Positions 38,380 through 47,604 of a stretch of 64,000 nt of DNA are shown here, in pieces. Location: positions 1,076,329 through 1,140,328 of the forward strand of contig JADJRJ010000028.1 in the NCBI GenBank assembly GCA_016712265.1, written 5' to 3'. The position numbers and the translations under genes are program-made. Numbering within the stretch: position 1 is the stretch's first letter; each line of letters starts with the position of its first letter. The notes below the pieces were generated by a model, which was not told where the DNA came from, made no database searches, and saw only the letters and a program-made list of their open reading frames with translations. This DNA comes from Gemmatimonadota bacterium. GTDB taxonomy: Bacteria > Gemmatimonadota > Gemmatimonadetes > Gemmatimonadales > Gemmatimonadaceae.

Positions 38380-38763
38380 ATGACGCGACATGCCCTTCGA
38401 CTCGGGATCTTCTTCGCGGCCCTCGGGGTGGCCGCCGGGGCCTTCGGCGCCCATGCGTTGCGCGGACGGGTGGATGCGGGAGGGCTCGCCACCTTCGAGA
38501 CGGCCGTGCGATACCAGATGTACCACGCCTTTGGCCTCCTCGTCGCCGGCTGGCAGGGGGCGCGCGCACCGACGGCGGCGGTGTCGTGGGCCGTGCGGTG
38601 TTTTACGGCGGGGATTGTGCTGTTCAGCGGCTCGCTCTACGGGCTCGTGCTGCTCGGCGTGCCGGCCCTGGGCGCGGTGACCCCGCTTGGCGGCGTGTGT
38701 TTCCTCGCGGGGTGGGCCGCCTTGTTTGTAGCGGTGTCCCGCACCGGCGCCGGGGAGCCGTAG
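38380..38763 (+). CDS. DUF423 (YgdD-like) small membrane protein
   Basis: 127 aa with 4 TM helices and a GAFGAHAL motif. Confidence 0.6.
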   Translation: MTRHALRLGIFFAALGVAAGAFGAHALRGRVDAGGLATFETAVRYQMYHAFGLLVAGWQGARAPTAAVSWAVRCFTAGIVLFSGSLYGLVLLGVPALGAVTPLGGVCFLAGWAALFVAVSRTGAGEP

Positions 38764-38787
38764 CGGCTCCGGCGCCCCGATGGGTGC

Positions 38788-39933
38788 CTAACGCAGCACC
38801 GCCTTCGCGATCGTCTGCAACTGCATGTTGGACGTCCCCTCGTAGATCGTGCCGATCTTCGCGTCGCGGTAAAACTTTTCGACGGGAAAGTCCTTGGTGT
38901 AGCCGTAGCCGCCGAATAGCTCAACGCACAGGGACGTGACCCGCTCACACACCTGGGACGAGAAGAGCTTCGCCATCGCCCCCTCGCGCGCGATATCGCC
39001 CCCGGCATCCTTGATGCGCGCGGCGTTGTAGACCATCAGGCGGGCGGCCTCGAGCTCCGTGGCCGCCTGCGCCACCTGAAACTGGATTCCCTGGAACTCG
39101 GCCAGCGCCTTGCCGAACTGGCGCCGTTCCTTGAGGTACGCGACCGCCGCCTGCAGCGCGCCACCGGCGACACCGATCATCTGGGCGCCAATGCCAATGC
39201 GTCCCACGTTGAGCGTGTCGATGGCAATCTTGTATCCCTGCCCCACCTGGCCCAGCACGTTCGCCGCGGGGACGCGGCACTGGTCGAGGATGAGCTCCAC
39301 CGTGCTCGAGGCTCGGATGCCCAGCTTGTCTTCCTTTCTGCCCACGGTGAATCCCGGAAAATCGCGCTCGACGATGAAGGCCGTGATCCCCTTGTATCCC
39401 GCGTCCGGATTGGCGTTGGCAAAGACGATGTAGACCTGGGCTTCGGCGCCATTCGTGATCCACATCTTGCGACCATTGAGGACCCAATCGTCCCCATCCC
39501 GGGATGCCCGTGTCGCGAGTGCAAAGGCATCGGAGCCAGAGCCCGCCTCGCTCAGGGCGTAGGCCCCGACGGTGTCTCGCGTGAGCCGGGTGAGGTACTG
39601 CTGCTTCTGCGCCTCCGTGGCGTAGGTGCGCAGCGGATACTCCACAAGGGTGTTCTGCACGTCGACCAGGATCGCGGACGACGCGTCCACCTTGCTGATC
39701 TCCTCGACGGCCAGTGCCACCATGGTCAGCGAACCGCCGGCGCCGCCATGTGCCTCATCGACCTCGATCCCCATCAACCCCAGTCCGAAGCACTGTTCGA
39801 TCAGGGTGGGCTCGATTTTCGAGGCGCGCTCCATGGCCTCCACACGCGGTCGCACCTCGGCGTCGGCAAACGCCGTGACGGCGTCACGGAACAGCACTTC
39901 TTCGTCGGAAAGGTGAGTCAGGGGAGCCGACAT
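38788..39933 (-). CDS. acyl-CoA dehydrogenase
   Basis: 381 aa with ACAD signatures (GSLTMVALAVEEI, YALSEAGSGSDA, QFGKALAEFQGIQFQ, TIYEGTSNMQ). Confidence 0.85.
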   Translation of the reverse strand: MSAPLTHLSDEEVLFRDAVTAFADAEVRPRVEAMERASKIEPTLIEQCFGLGLMGIEVDEAHGGAGGSLTMVALAVEEISKVDASSAILVDVQNTLVEYPLRTYATEAQKQQYLTRLTRDTVGAYALSEAGSGSDAFALATRASRDGDDWVLNGRKMWITNGAEAQVYIVFANANPDAGYKGITAFIVERDFPGFTVGRKEDKLGIRASSTVELILDQCRVPAANVLGQVGQGYKIAIDTLNVGRIGIGAQMIGVAGGALQAAVAYLKERRQFGKALAEFQGIQFQVAQAATELEAARLMVYNAARIKDAGGDIAREGAMAKLFSSQVCERVTSLCVELFGGYGYTKDFPVEKFYRDAKIGTIYEGTSNMQLQTIAKAVLR

Positions 39934-40021
39934 GTGGGGGGCGCTGGAGGTGGGAGGCAGTCGCAAAGTTGGCAGCGAGCTGTCGCGATCTCCAGTGTGG
40001 ACGCCGCCGGACCTGTGCCGG

Positions 40022-43000
40022 TCACCCGGGACGCCGGCCATCAGGCCAGCGTTCGAGGGTCGGCGACACCCAAAGCGCCTCCGCGTCCTCCCCGGACACA
40101 TCGAGTCGGCGCCTTTGGAGCCAGTCCATCAGCGCGAGGTACAAGGTGGGGAGGACCAGGAGTGTCAGTAGCGTTGAGGTCACCAACCCCCCGATCACGA
40201 CCGACGCGAGCGGGCGCTGTACCTCGCTGCCCGGGCTCGTGGACAACGCCATCGGGACGAAGCCGAGCGACGCTACCAGGGCCGTCATGAGCACGGGGCG
40301 CAACCGATCGAGTGCTCCGCGCCGTACGGCGTCCGCGAGGGAGGCTCCCGCGTCACGCAGCGCGTTCATGTGTGAGACCATGACCACGCCGTTGAGGACC
40401 GCGATCCCGAACAAGGCGATGAATCCGATGCTCGCCGAGAGGTTGAGGTTGAGGCCGCGCATCCAGAGAACCGCGATGCCGCCGACGAGGGCGAACGGCA
40501 CGTTGGTGAGCACGAGGGCGGACTGCGGGACGGACCCAAACGAGGCAAAGAGCAGCAGGAAGATCAGGAGCAGGGAGAGCGGGACGACGACCGCCAGGCG
40601 ACTCATCGCCCGCTGTTGGTTTTCGTATTGCCCGCCCCACTCGAGAAAGGTGCCAGCCGGGAGCTGGATCTCGCGCGCGACGCGGCGCTTGACCTCGGAA
40701 ACGAAGCTTCCCAGGTCGCGGCCGCGCACGTTGCTCAGGACCAGGGACCGCCGCTGGCCGTCCTCGTGACCAATCAGTTCGGGCCCGGTCGTGGAGACCA
40801 GCTGGGCGAGGGCGTGGAGTGGCACCAGCGCGCCAGCGCTCGTCCGGACCGTCAAGGCTTCCAGCGCGTGCAGGTCGTTCCGGTAAACGTCGGGGTAGCG
40901 CACGGCGACGCCAACGCGACGCGGTCCCTCCACCAGCTCGGTGGCGACCCGCGCGCCCATGGCCAGCTCCACCGCGCGCTGGACTTCGGCGACCGAGACG
41001 CCGTGGGCTGCCAGGGCATCGCGATTCACGCGCACCGCGATCTGTCCCGTGCCGTCGGCGATCTCGACGGCCCCGTCCGCGTTGCCCGGGACCTGCTCAA
41101 TGATGCGCAGGATGCGTTCGGCCAGCGCGGCGTTCCGCTCGAGGTCCGGGCTGACCACCTTCACCCCGAGGTCGGAACGAATGCCGCTTTCGGCCTCGTC
41201 GATCCGCATGGCGAGGGGCTGGGTGAATGACACCTCAACACCTGGGACGACGGCCAGCGCCGAATCAAAGGCCGCCACGAGGCCCTCTGGATCGTCGGCC
41301 GTGGTCCACTCGTCGCGGTCCTTGAGGATGACGTACAGGTCGCCCTCGAAGAGTCCCATGGCCTCGGTCGCCAGGTCGGGCCGCCCCTCCTTGGTCACGA
41401 CCGTCGTGACCTCGGGAAAGCGACGGATGATGCGCTCCGTTTGTGTGGAGATCTCCACGGCCTCGGCGAGCGCGATGGAGGGAAGGCGCCGCGTGGTGAT
41501 CAAGATGGAGCCCTCATCCAGGCGCGGCATGAACTCCGTCCCGATCACGGCGAGCGAGCTGACGGCCGCGAGGACGAGCACCACGGCGACGGAGACCACA
41601 CGTCGACCATGCGCCAGCGACCAGTCGAGTGCCCGCTCGTACGCGGCGCGCACGCGCTCGAACACCGGGGCGCGAGATTCCTCCGCGTGATCGAGCAACC
41701 ACGCGCTGATCGCCGGCACGTACGTGAGGGCGAGGAGGAGCGATCCCAGCACTGCGGCGACCACCGTGAAGGCCATCGGCTTGAACATCCGGCCTTCCAT
41801 CCCATCCAGCGTGAAGATGGGGATGTACACCGCCACGATGATGGCGATGCCAAACAAGATCGGCCGCCCGACTTCCTGGGCCGCGGACAGGAGCAACGCG
41901 CGTCGCTCGTGCGGGGCGGGCCGGCCGTGTTCGAGGCGTCGCACGAAGTTCTCGACCATGACCACCGAGGCGTCGACGATGAGCCCGAAGTCGAGTGCGC
42001 CGAGGCTCATGAGGTTGGCCGAGTACCCAAAGGCGTACATCGCCAGGAAGGCGACGAGCATCGACAGCGGAATGACCGATGCCACGATCAGCGATGCGCG
42101 GACGTTGCGCAGGAACAGGAAGAGGACCGCAATGACCAGCAGCCCGCCCTCCACCAGGTTCTTGAGAATGGTGCGCGTCGTGCGACGAATGAGGTCGGTC
42201 TGGTCGTAGAACGGCACGATCTCGACATGCCCGGGGAGCGCGGCTCGCACTTCACCCATGCGGATGGCCACGTCGCGAATCACCTGGCGCGAATCGGCAC
42301 CGCGCAACTTGAGGATCATCCCCGCGACCACCTCGCCGTTCCCGTCCTTGGTGACGGCGCCGGAGCGCTGGAGCGCGCCCGGCTCGATGGTCGCCACATC
42401 TCGCACGCGGGTCGCCGTGCCGCCATGCGCTCCGATCACGATCCGCCCGAGCTCCTCACGACGATCGATGCGGCCCAAGCCACGCACCGTGAAGCGTTCC
42501 CCGCCGCTCTCGAGGTACGATCCGCCGAACGTCAGGTTGTTCTCGGCGAGGGCCCGGTCCACGTCAACCAGCGTCAGGCGACGCGCGGCGAGCCGGATCG
42601 GGTCCACGACGATGTGCACCTGCTCGGTAAAGCCGCCCCACGAGTTCACCTCGGACACCCCGGGCACGGTCCGCAGTCGCGGCCGGACGACGGTGTTGTG
42701 CAGGGTGGTGAGTTCGGTCAACGAGAGCGAGTCCGAGGTGAGGACATACTGGTAGAGCTCACCCATCGGGGTGGAGACCGGGCCTAACGACGGTTCGACC
42801 CCGTCGGGGAGGAGGTCGCGGGCGTCTCCAAGTCGCTGTTGGACCAGGGTCCGGGCGAAGTAGATGTCGAAGTCATCGGGGAAGGGCACCGTGATGAGCG
42901 ATAGGCCGAACTTCGAGACCGACCGGACCTCGCTCGCCCCGGGGATGCCCATCAGCGACGACTCGATCGGGAAGGTCACCAGACGCTCAACGTCTTCCGG

Positions 43001-43168
43001 CGCCATCCCGGGTGCGACGGTAATCACCTCGACGCGGGTCCCGGTGAGGTCGGGGAAGGCATCGAAGGGCACACGCATGACGGCAAAGAGCCCCGCGCCA
43101 ACGAGCGAGAGGACGCCGCCGATGACAAACAGGCGGTTGCGAACCGAGAACTCGAGGAGGCGTCGCAT
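40022..43168 (-). CDS. heavy-metal-efflux RND transporter (CzcA/CusA family)
   Basis: 1048 aa with 12 TM helices and the HME signature (LGALDFGLIVDASVVMVEN). Confidence 0.85.
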   Translation of the reverse strand: MRRLLEFSVRNRLFVIGGVLSLVGAGLFAVMRVPFDAFPDLTGTRVEVITVAPGMAPEDVERLVTFPIESSLMGIPGASEVRSVSKFGLSLITVPFPDDFDIYFARTLVQQRLGDARDLLPDGVEPSLGPVSTPMGELYQYVLTSDSLSLTELTTLHNTVVRPRLRTVPGVSEVNSWGGFTEQVHIVVDPIRLAARRLTLVDVDRALAENNLTFGGSYLESGGERFTVRGLGRIDRREELGRIVIGAHGGTATRVRDVATIEPGALQRSGAVTKDGNGEVVAGMILKLRGADSRQVIRDVAIRMGEVRAALPGHVEIVPFYDQTDLIRRTTRTILKNLVEGGLLVIAVLFLFLRNVRASLIVASVIPLSMLVAFLAMYAFGYSANLMSLGALDFGLIVDASVVMVENFVRRLEHGRPAPHERRALLLSAAQEVGRPILFGIAIIVAVYIPIFTLDGMEGRMFKPMAFTVVAAVLGSLLLALTYVPAISAWLLDHAEESRAPVFERVRAAYERALDWSLAHGRRVVSVAVVLVLAAVSSLAVIGTEFMPRLDEGSILITTRRLPSIALAEAVEISTQTERIIRRFPEVTTVVTKEGRPDLATEAMGLFEGDLYVILKDRDEWTTADDPEGLVAAFDSALAVVPGVEVSFTQPLAMRIDEAESGIRSDLGVKVVSPDLERNAALAERILRIIEQVPGNADGAVEIADGTGQIAVRVNRDALAAHGVSVAEVQRAVELAMGARVATELVEGPRRVGVAVRYPDVYRNDLHALEALTVRTSAGALVPLHALAQLVSTTGPELIGHEDGQRRSLVLSNVRGRDLGSFVSEVKRRVAREIQLPAGTFLEWGGQYENQQRAMSRLAVVVPLSLLLIFLLLFASFGSVPQSALVLTNVPFALVGGIAVLWMRGLNLNLSASIGFIALFGIAVLNGVVMVSHMNALRDAGASLADAVRRGALDRLRPVLMTALVASLGFVPMALSTSPGSEVQRPLASVVIGGLVTSTLLTLLVLPTLYLALMDWLQRRRLDVSGEDAEALWVSPTLERWPDGRRPG

Positions 43169-44364
43169 CAGTGGGCGTCGCCGCCCCCGCTGCCCTGGCG
43201 CTTGAGGATCTCGGCGCGGGCGACGGCGGCGCCCTTCACCACAACGCGCGTGCCGGTGTCGACCCCAGCGAGGATCTCGGCGCGATCGCGCGTCAGGCGT
43301 CCGACGCGGACGCGCACCGCTTCCACATGGAGCCCCTCGCCACGTGGCGTGGCCGCAATCACGACCGTGTCACCCTCGAACGCCTGCACGGCGGCGGCCG
43401 GGATCACGGTCGTCATGGCCGTGCCGGCACCTTCGACTTCGGCCGAGGCAAACATCTCGGCCTTGAGGACCCCACCGGTGGCGGCGATCGCGGCATGCAC
43501 TTCGACCGTCCGCGTGACACTGTCCACCGCCGGAAAGACGCGCGTCACCCGTGCGGTAAACTGGCGATCCCCGGTCGCGGCCGTCGTGAAGCGTACGGTG
43601 GCGCCGGCGGACACGGGAGATGCATCCGGAAGTTGGAGCACGAGGACCAGGCTCGACGTCCGGCTCACGGTCACCAGCGGCGCGCCGACGAGCACCACGT
43701 TCCCCGGCTCGACGCTACGGCCCGTCACCTGGCCGTCCATCGGGGCGCGGATCAACACCCAGTGTTCATCGTAGTCGGCGGGGAGGGCGTCGTGTCCTAC
43801 CAGGTGCTCCACGAGTGCTTCGGAGCGTTCCAGTTCCGCGACCGCCGTGGCGAGCATCGCATCGCCATCCACCAACTCGGCCCGCGCGCGCTCCAGGTCT
43901 GCAGTGGAAAGTGCCTTGAGGCCAAACAGTCGCTCGGCACGACCGGCCGCGCTTGCGCGGAGGCGTTGCATGGATTGCGCTCCGGCAAGTCCCGCCTTGG
44001 CTTTCGCCAGCGACGCCCGCGCATCCATCAGCTCATGCGAGTGGATGGCCACCAGCACGGCCCCGCGCCGCACCCGGTCGCCCGGGAGGACGTACACCTT
44101 CGCGACGCGTCCCTCCACGATCGACCCGATGGGCTCGGTCGCGGAGGGATCCAGTGTGATGCGGGCCGGTGCGGCGACGACCTCGTGCCATGGACTGCGC
44201 TCCACCGGAGCGGTCGTGAAGCCGGCGATGCGAACCGTCTCGGCACTGAGGGCCGCCGTATCGCTTGCCGTTGGCGCGGCCGCCGTGGTCGTGGGATCTG
44301 CGGCGGGCGTGTCGTCGCCGCACCCCAACGTCAGGCACAGGATCACGGGGAGAAGGCGTCGCAT
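43168..44364 (-). CDS. RND efflux periplasmic adaptor subunit (CzcB/CusB-like), lipoprotein
   Basis: Start MRRLLPVILCLTLGCG, with the biotinyl-lipoyl, coiled-coil and beta-barrel pattern. Its stop overlaps the RND start. Confidence 0.8.
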   Translation of the reverse strand: MRRLLPVILCLTLGCGDDTPAADPTTTAAAPTASDTAALSAETVRIAGFTTAPVERSPWHEVVAAPARITLDPSATEPIGSIVEGRVAKVYVLPGDRVRRGAVLVAIHSHELMDARASLAKAKAGLAGAQSMQRLRASAAGRAERLFGLKALSTADLERARAELVDGDAMLATAVAELERSEALVEHLVGHDALPADYDEHWVLIRAPMDGQVTGRSVEPGNVVLVGAPLVTVSRTSSLVLVLQLPDASPVSAGATVRFTTAATGDRQFTARVTRVFPAVDSVTRTVEVHAAIAATGGVLKAEMFASAEVEGAGTAMTTVIPAAAVQAFEGDTVVIAATPRGEGLHVEAVRVRVGRLTRDRAEILAGVDTGTRVVVKGAAVARAEILKRQGSGGGDAH

Positions 44365-44365
44365 C

Positions 44366-45571
44366 TCAGGGCAGGAAGGGAAGTCCACTGGTACGGAGCA
44401 GGTCGAGTCGGGCGAGGTGCGCGTCGTGTGCCCATCGGGCCGCGGTCGCGCGAGTTTCCGCACGGGCGCGCTGGGCCTCCAGCAGTTCGATGAGCGAGGT
44501 CGCCCCTTCGCGATACAAGGCTTCGGCGATTTGGGCGACTTCACTGGCTCGGGTGTCCAGGGTGGTTGCGCCATCGCGCCCGACATCGCGAATCCCCTCC
44601 CACGCTCCGAGGGCCGCAGCGAGCTCGCCTCGGGCGCGTGCCTCGGTGTCGCGCTGGGCAGCGCGGGCGAGGAGCGCCTCGCCACGGGCGCGTTCGCGCG
44701 GTCCCTCGTTTCGGTTGAACAGCGGCAGGGGAACCAGGACGCCGATCAATCCTGTGTTGAAGCCGCCGGTCCCTTTGTAGCCCCCGACCACGTTGAGATC
44801 ACCCAGAAGTCCGCGCGACTCCGCCGTGGAGCGTCGTTCGGACTCCTGGAGCGCCAGTTGCGCGGCCCGTAGTTCCGGCCGGCGCACAGATACCGCCGCC
44901 CACGTTGTGTCGATGATCGCGTCGAGTGGCGGAGGGGCGAGTGCGGCGAGGGGCGGAAGCTCCTCCATCGTCACGCCTAACAAGCGTCCGAGGTCGGCTG
45001 CGGCACGGCGGGCATCGGCGGCAGCTGTCGCCGACGCAATGCGTGCGCGGTCTGCCTCGAGCGCCCCGCGCATGGCGACCACCTCGGCCACGGCTCCCTC
45101 GCGAAATCGTTGCGCATCGAACTCCGCGGTGCGCATGCGCGCGTCGCGTTCCGCCGACGCGATGCCCGCGAGTTCGTGGGCGAGCGCCGCGCGCCAGTAC
45201 GCGCGCAACACCTCGTGGTCGAGCGCTCGCGCGGCGGCGGCAGAATCGGCCTGTCCTCGCACCCGGGCCACGCGGGCTGCCTGCCCCAGGGCCCGACGAC
45301 GCCCCGTGAGGTCGATCGGGACCTGCAGGGTGGCGAAGATATCGGGCTCGATGGCTCCGGTGAAATTCTCGCGGCGCCACTCGGCGATCGGGTTGGTCCA
45401 AGCCGCCTCGGCACGGGCGCGTCCCGCCGTCACGTCGCGCAGTCCCACGGCCACACCAGCGAGAGGGCCGCGCGTCCGGGCCAGGGCCACGGCGCGTTCC
45501 GGGGTCAGCAGGTCCTGCGCGACAGCAAATGCGGGCGCGAGGAAGGCAGCGAAGAGGAGGCGGAGCGTCAC
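44366..45571 (-). CDS. TolC-family outer-membrane factor (CzcC-like)
   Basis: 401 aa with a signal peptide and OEP repeats. It lies directly upstream of the adaptor. Confidence 0.75.
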   Translation of the reverse strand: MTLRLLFAAFLAPAFAVAQDLLTPERAVALARTRGPLAGVAVGLRDVTAGRARAEAAWTNPIAEWRRENFTGAIEPDIFATLQVPIDLTGRRRALGQAARVARVRGQADSAAAARALDHEVLRAYWRAALAHELAGIASAERDARMRTAEFDAQRFREGAVAEVVAMRGALEADRARIASATAAADARRAAADLGRLLGVTMEELPPLAALAPPPLDAIIDTTWAAVSVRRPELRAAQLALQESERRSTAESRGLLGDLNVVGGYKGTGGFNTGLIGVLVPLPLFNRNEGPRERARGEALLARAAQRDTEARARGELAAALGAWEGIRDVGRDGATTLDTRASEVAQIAEALYREGATSLIELLEAQRARAETRATAARWAHDAHLARLDLLRTSGLPFLP

Positions 45572-45610
45572 CCCGAGAACGCTACGCTGCGGACATGAAC
45601 TGGGCTTAAA

Positions 45611-46936
45611 TCAGGCCGGAAAAGTGGCCGTGAATCGCGCCCCGCCGAGCTCGGAGTCGTCGACCGTCAGTGTTCCGCCGTGCGCTGTCGTGATCGACCG
45701 GGCGATGGCGAGCCCGAGGCCGGCACCCTCGGGCGCGAGTTGGCGGGCCGAGCGCCCACGGACGAACCGACCAAACACCGACTCACGCTCTTCCGGTACG
45801 ATGCCGATGCCGGAATCTTCGACCACCAATTCCGCGCCGCCATCGGTGGACGGACGAGTCGCGATCCGGATGGTGCCGCCCTCCGGGGTATACCGCGAGG
45901 CGTTTTCCAGGAGCACGGTGGCGAGCCGGTAGATCAGCTGCGGATCACCCTGGACCGGCGTCTCGACCAACGCGGTAACGGCGACCGCCTGGCCCTTTTG
46001 CTCCGCAGTCCGCGCGAACCGCGAGGCGGCGTCCGAGACGACGTCGTCGAGATAGAGGCTCGTCCGTTGTGCGACCATTGCGCCGCTGTCGGCGCGGGCG
46101 AGATGTAACAGCTCGTCGATGGTGTGTGCGGTGCGCCGTAGTTCAGACGCGATCTCGGTGAGCGCGTCGCGGTCGGCCGGGGAGGGTGGTTGGGCGGCAC
46201 GTTCCTCAGCGGCGCCGAGGATGCGAGCGACGGGGGTGCGGAGTTCGTGGGCGGCGTCCGCGAGGAAACGCCGCTGCTCCTGCACGGCGCGGTCCAGCCG
46301 GTCAAGGAGTCTGTTGAAGGCAAGTCCCAGCCGCCCGAATTCGTCGTCGGGGTTGGAAACGGGCAGCCTGGCACCGGATGCGTTTTGCAGTCTGTCAGCC
46401 GCGGCCGCCATGGTGCTGATCGGCGACAACGCCCGCCCGGTCATCCACCAAGCGACCAGGGCGGCGACGAGCGCGGCGATCGGGATGGCGAACAGCGTTA
46501 CGCGGTCGATGTTGCGCTGTGCGGCCACGAGGTCGGCGGTGGAGATCGTGAGGCGTAGCTGCCACCCGGGAGCGAGGCGGGGCTCGAGTGCCTCGGCACG
46601 GCGGACCAGCGGTGGCAGGGGCGTTGCGGCGGCCAGGGGTTGTCGCGCGGTGGCGAACAGCGAACCGTCCGGGCGCAGGAACTCGATTCCCATGCGGGCG
46701 AAGACCAGTTCGCCGGCCAGGTGGGAGACGGTCACGTCCACCTGCCGGTACTCCGCGAGTTCGGCTCGAAAGAACGAACGCACAAGGGCTGCAGCGCCGG
46801 CGACGGCCGTCTCGTGTTCGTTGCGCAGCGCGCGCTGTGCGAAGTGCCGCATGGCCAGCAGGGCGGCGAGAAGGAGGCTAAGGGTCGCGACGGCGTACCA
46901 GATCGTCAGGCGACGACGGACTCCGGATTGTGTCAT
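45611..46936 (-). CDS. sensor histidine kinase (CusS/CzcS-like)
   Basis: Two TM helices around a periplasmic loop, a HAMP domain, an H-box (LADAAHELRTP) and HATPase_c N/G boxes (GGTIRIAT, DSGIGI, GAGLGLAI). Confidence 0.85.
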   Translation of the reverse strand: MTQSGVRRRLTIWYAVATLSLLLAALLAMRHFAQRALRNEHETAVAGAAALVRSFFRAELAEYRQVDVTVSHLAGELVFARMGIEFLRPDGSLFATARQPLAAATPLPPLVRRAEALEPRLAPGWQLRLTISTADLVAAQRNIDRVTLFAIPIAALVAALVAWWMTGRALSPISTMAAAADRLQNASGARLPVSNPDDEFGRLGLAFNRLLDRLDRAVQEQRRFLADAAHELRTPVARILGAAEERAAQPPSPADRDALTEIASELRRTAHTIDELLHLARADSGAMVAQRTSLYLDDVVSDAASRFARTAEQKGQAVAVTALVETPVQGDPQLIYRLATVLLENASRYTPEGGTIRIATRPSTDGGAELVVEDSGIGIVPEERESVFGRFVRGRSARQLAPEGAGLGLAIARSITTAHGGTLTVDDSELGGARFTATFPA

Positions 46937-47604
46937 CGGCTCCCCAACCGATAACCGGCGCCACGCATGGTGTGCATCAGGGGTGGCTCGCCCGGCTGGT
47001 CGACCTTGCGCCGGACGCGCCCGATGTAGACGTCGATGACGTTGCTGGCCGGATCGTAGTTGTCATCCCACGCATGGGCACTGATGCGCTCCCGCGTGAC
47101 CACCTCGCCCGCATGGCGCATGAGGTACTCGAGGACGAGGAACTCCTTGGCGGTGAGCGGGATGTTTCGTTGGCCGCGGGACCCGGTCCGCGTGGCCGTA
47201 TCCAGGGTGAGGTCAGCCACGGACAAGGTGACGGGGAGGAGGGGATCCGGCCGTCGCAGCACGGCGCGGAGCCGCGCCGCCAGCTCGCCTAACGCGTAGG
47301 GCTTGACCAGGTAGTCATCTGCACCGAGGTCGAGCCCGGCGATGCGGTCGTCCACGCCATCACGCGCCGTGGCCATGACCACGCGCGCGGTGGTCCCCCG
47401 GGTCCGGAGTTGCCGACAGACGGCGGCCCCATCCATGTCCGGCAGCCCCAGGTCCAACACCACGGCGTCGTAGCCATTGATGGCCTCCAGCTCCAGGGCG
47501 AGCGCCCCGGTGGCCGCGACATCAACGGCAAAGCCGGCCTGCCGCAAGAAGTGCGTCGTGTGACGGGCGAGCGTCGGGTCGTCCTCCACGAGCAGCACGC
47601 GCAT
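46933..47604 (-). CDS. OmpR-family response regulator (CusR/CzcR-like)
   Basis: A receiver domain (MRVLLVEDD ... VVLDLGLPDMDG) and a winged-helix output domain. Its start overlaps the upstream stop by 1 nt and its stop overlaps the kinase start. Confidence 0.85.
   Translation of the reverse strand: MRVLLVEDDPTLARHTTHFLRQAGFAVDVAATGALALELEAINGYDAVVLDLGLPDMDGAAVCRQLRTRGTTARVVMATARDGVDDRIAGLDLGADDYLVKPYALGELAARLRAVLRRPDPLLPVTLSVADLTLDTATRTGSRGQRNIPLTAKEFLVLEYLMRHAGEVVTRERISAHAWDDNYDPASNVIDVYIGRVRRKVDQPGEPPLMHTMRGAGYRLGSR

Noticed and set aside
41441-42787. 448-aa plus-strand ORF antisense to the RND transporter
   Set aside because: It is entirely within the CzcA-like gene on the opposite strand, with a His/Arg/Asp-rich artificial composition.
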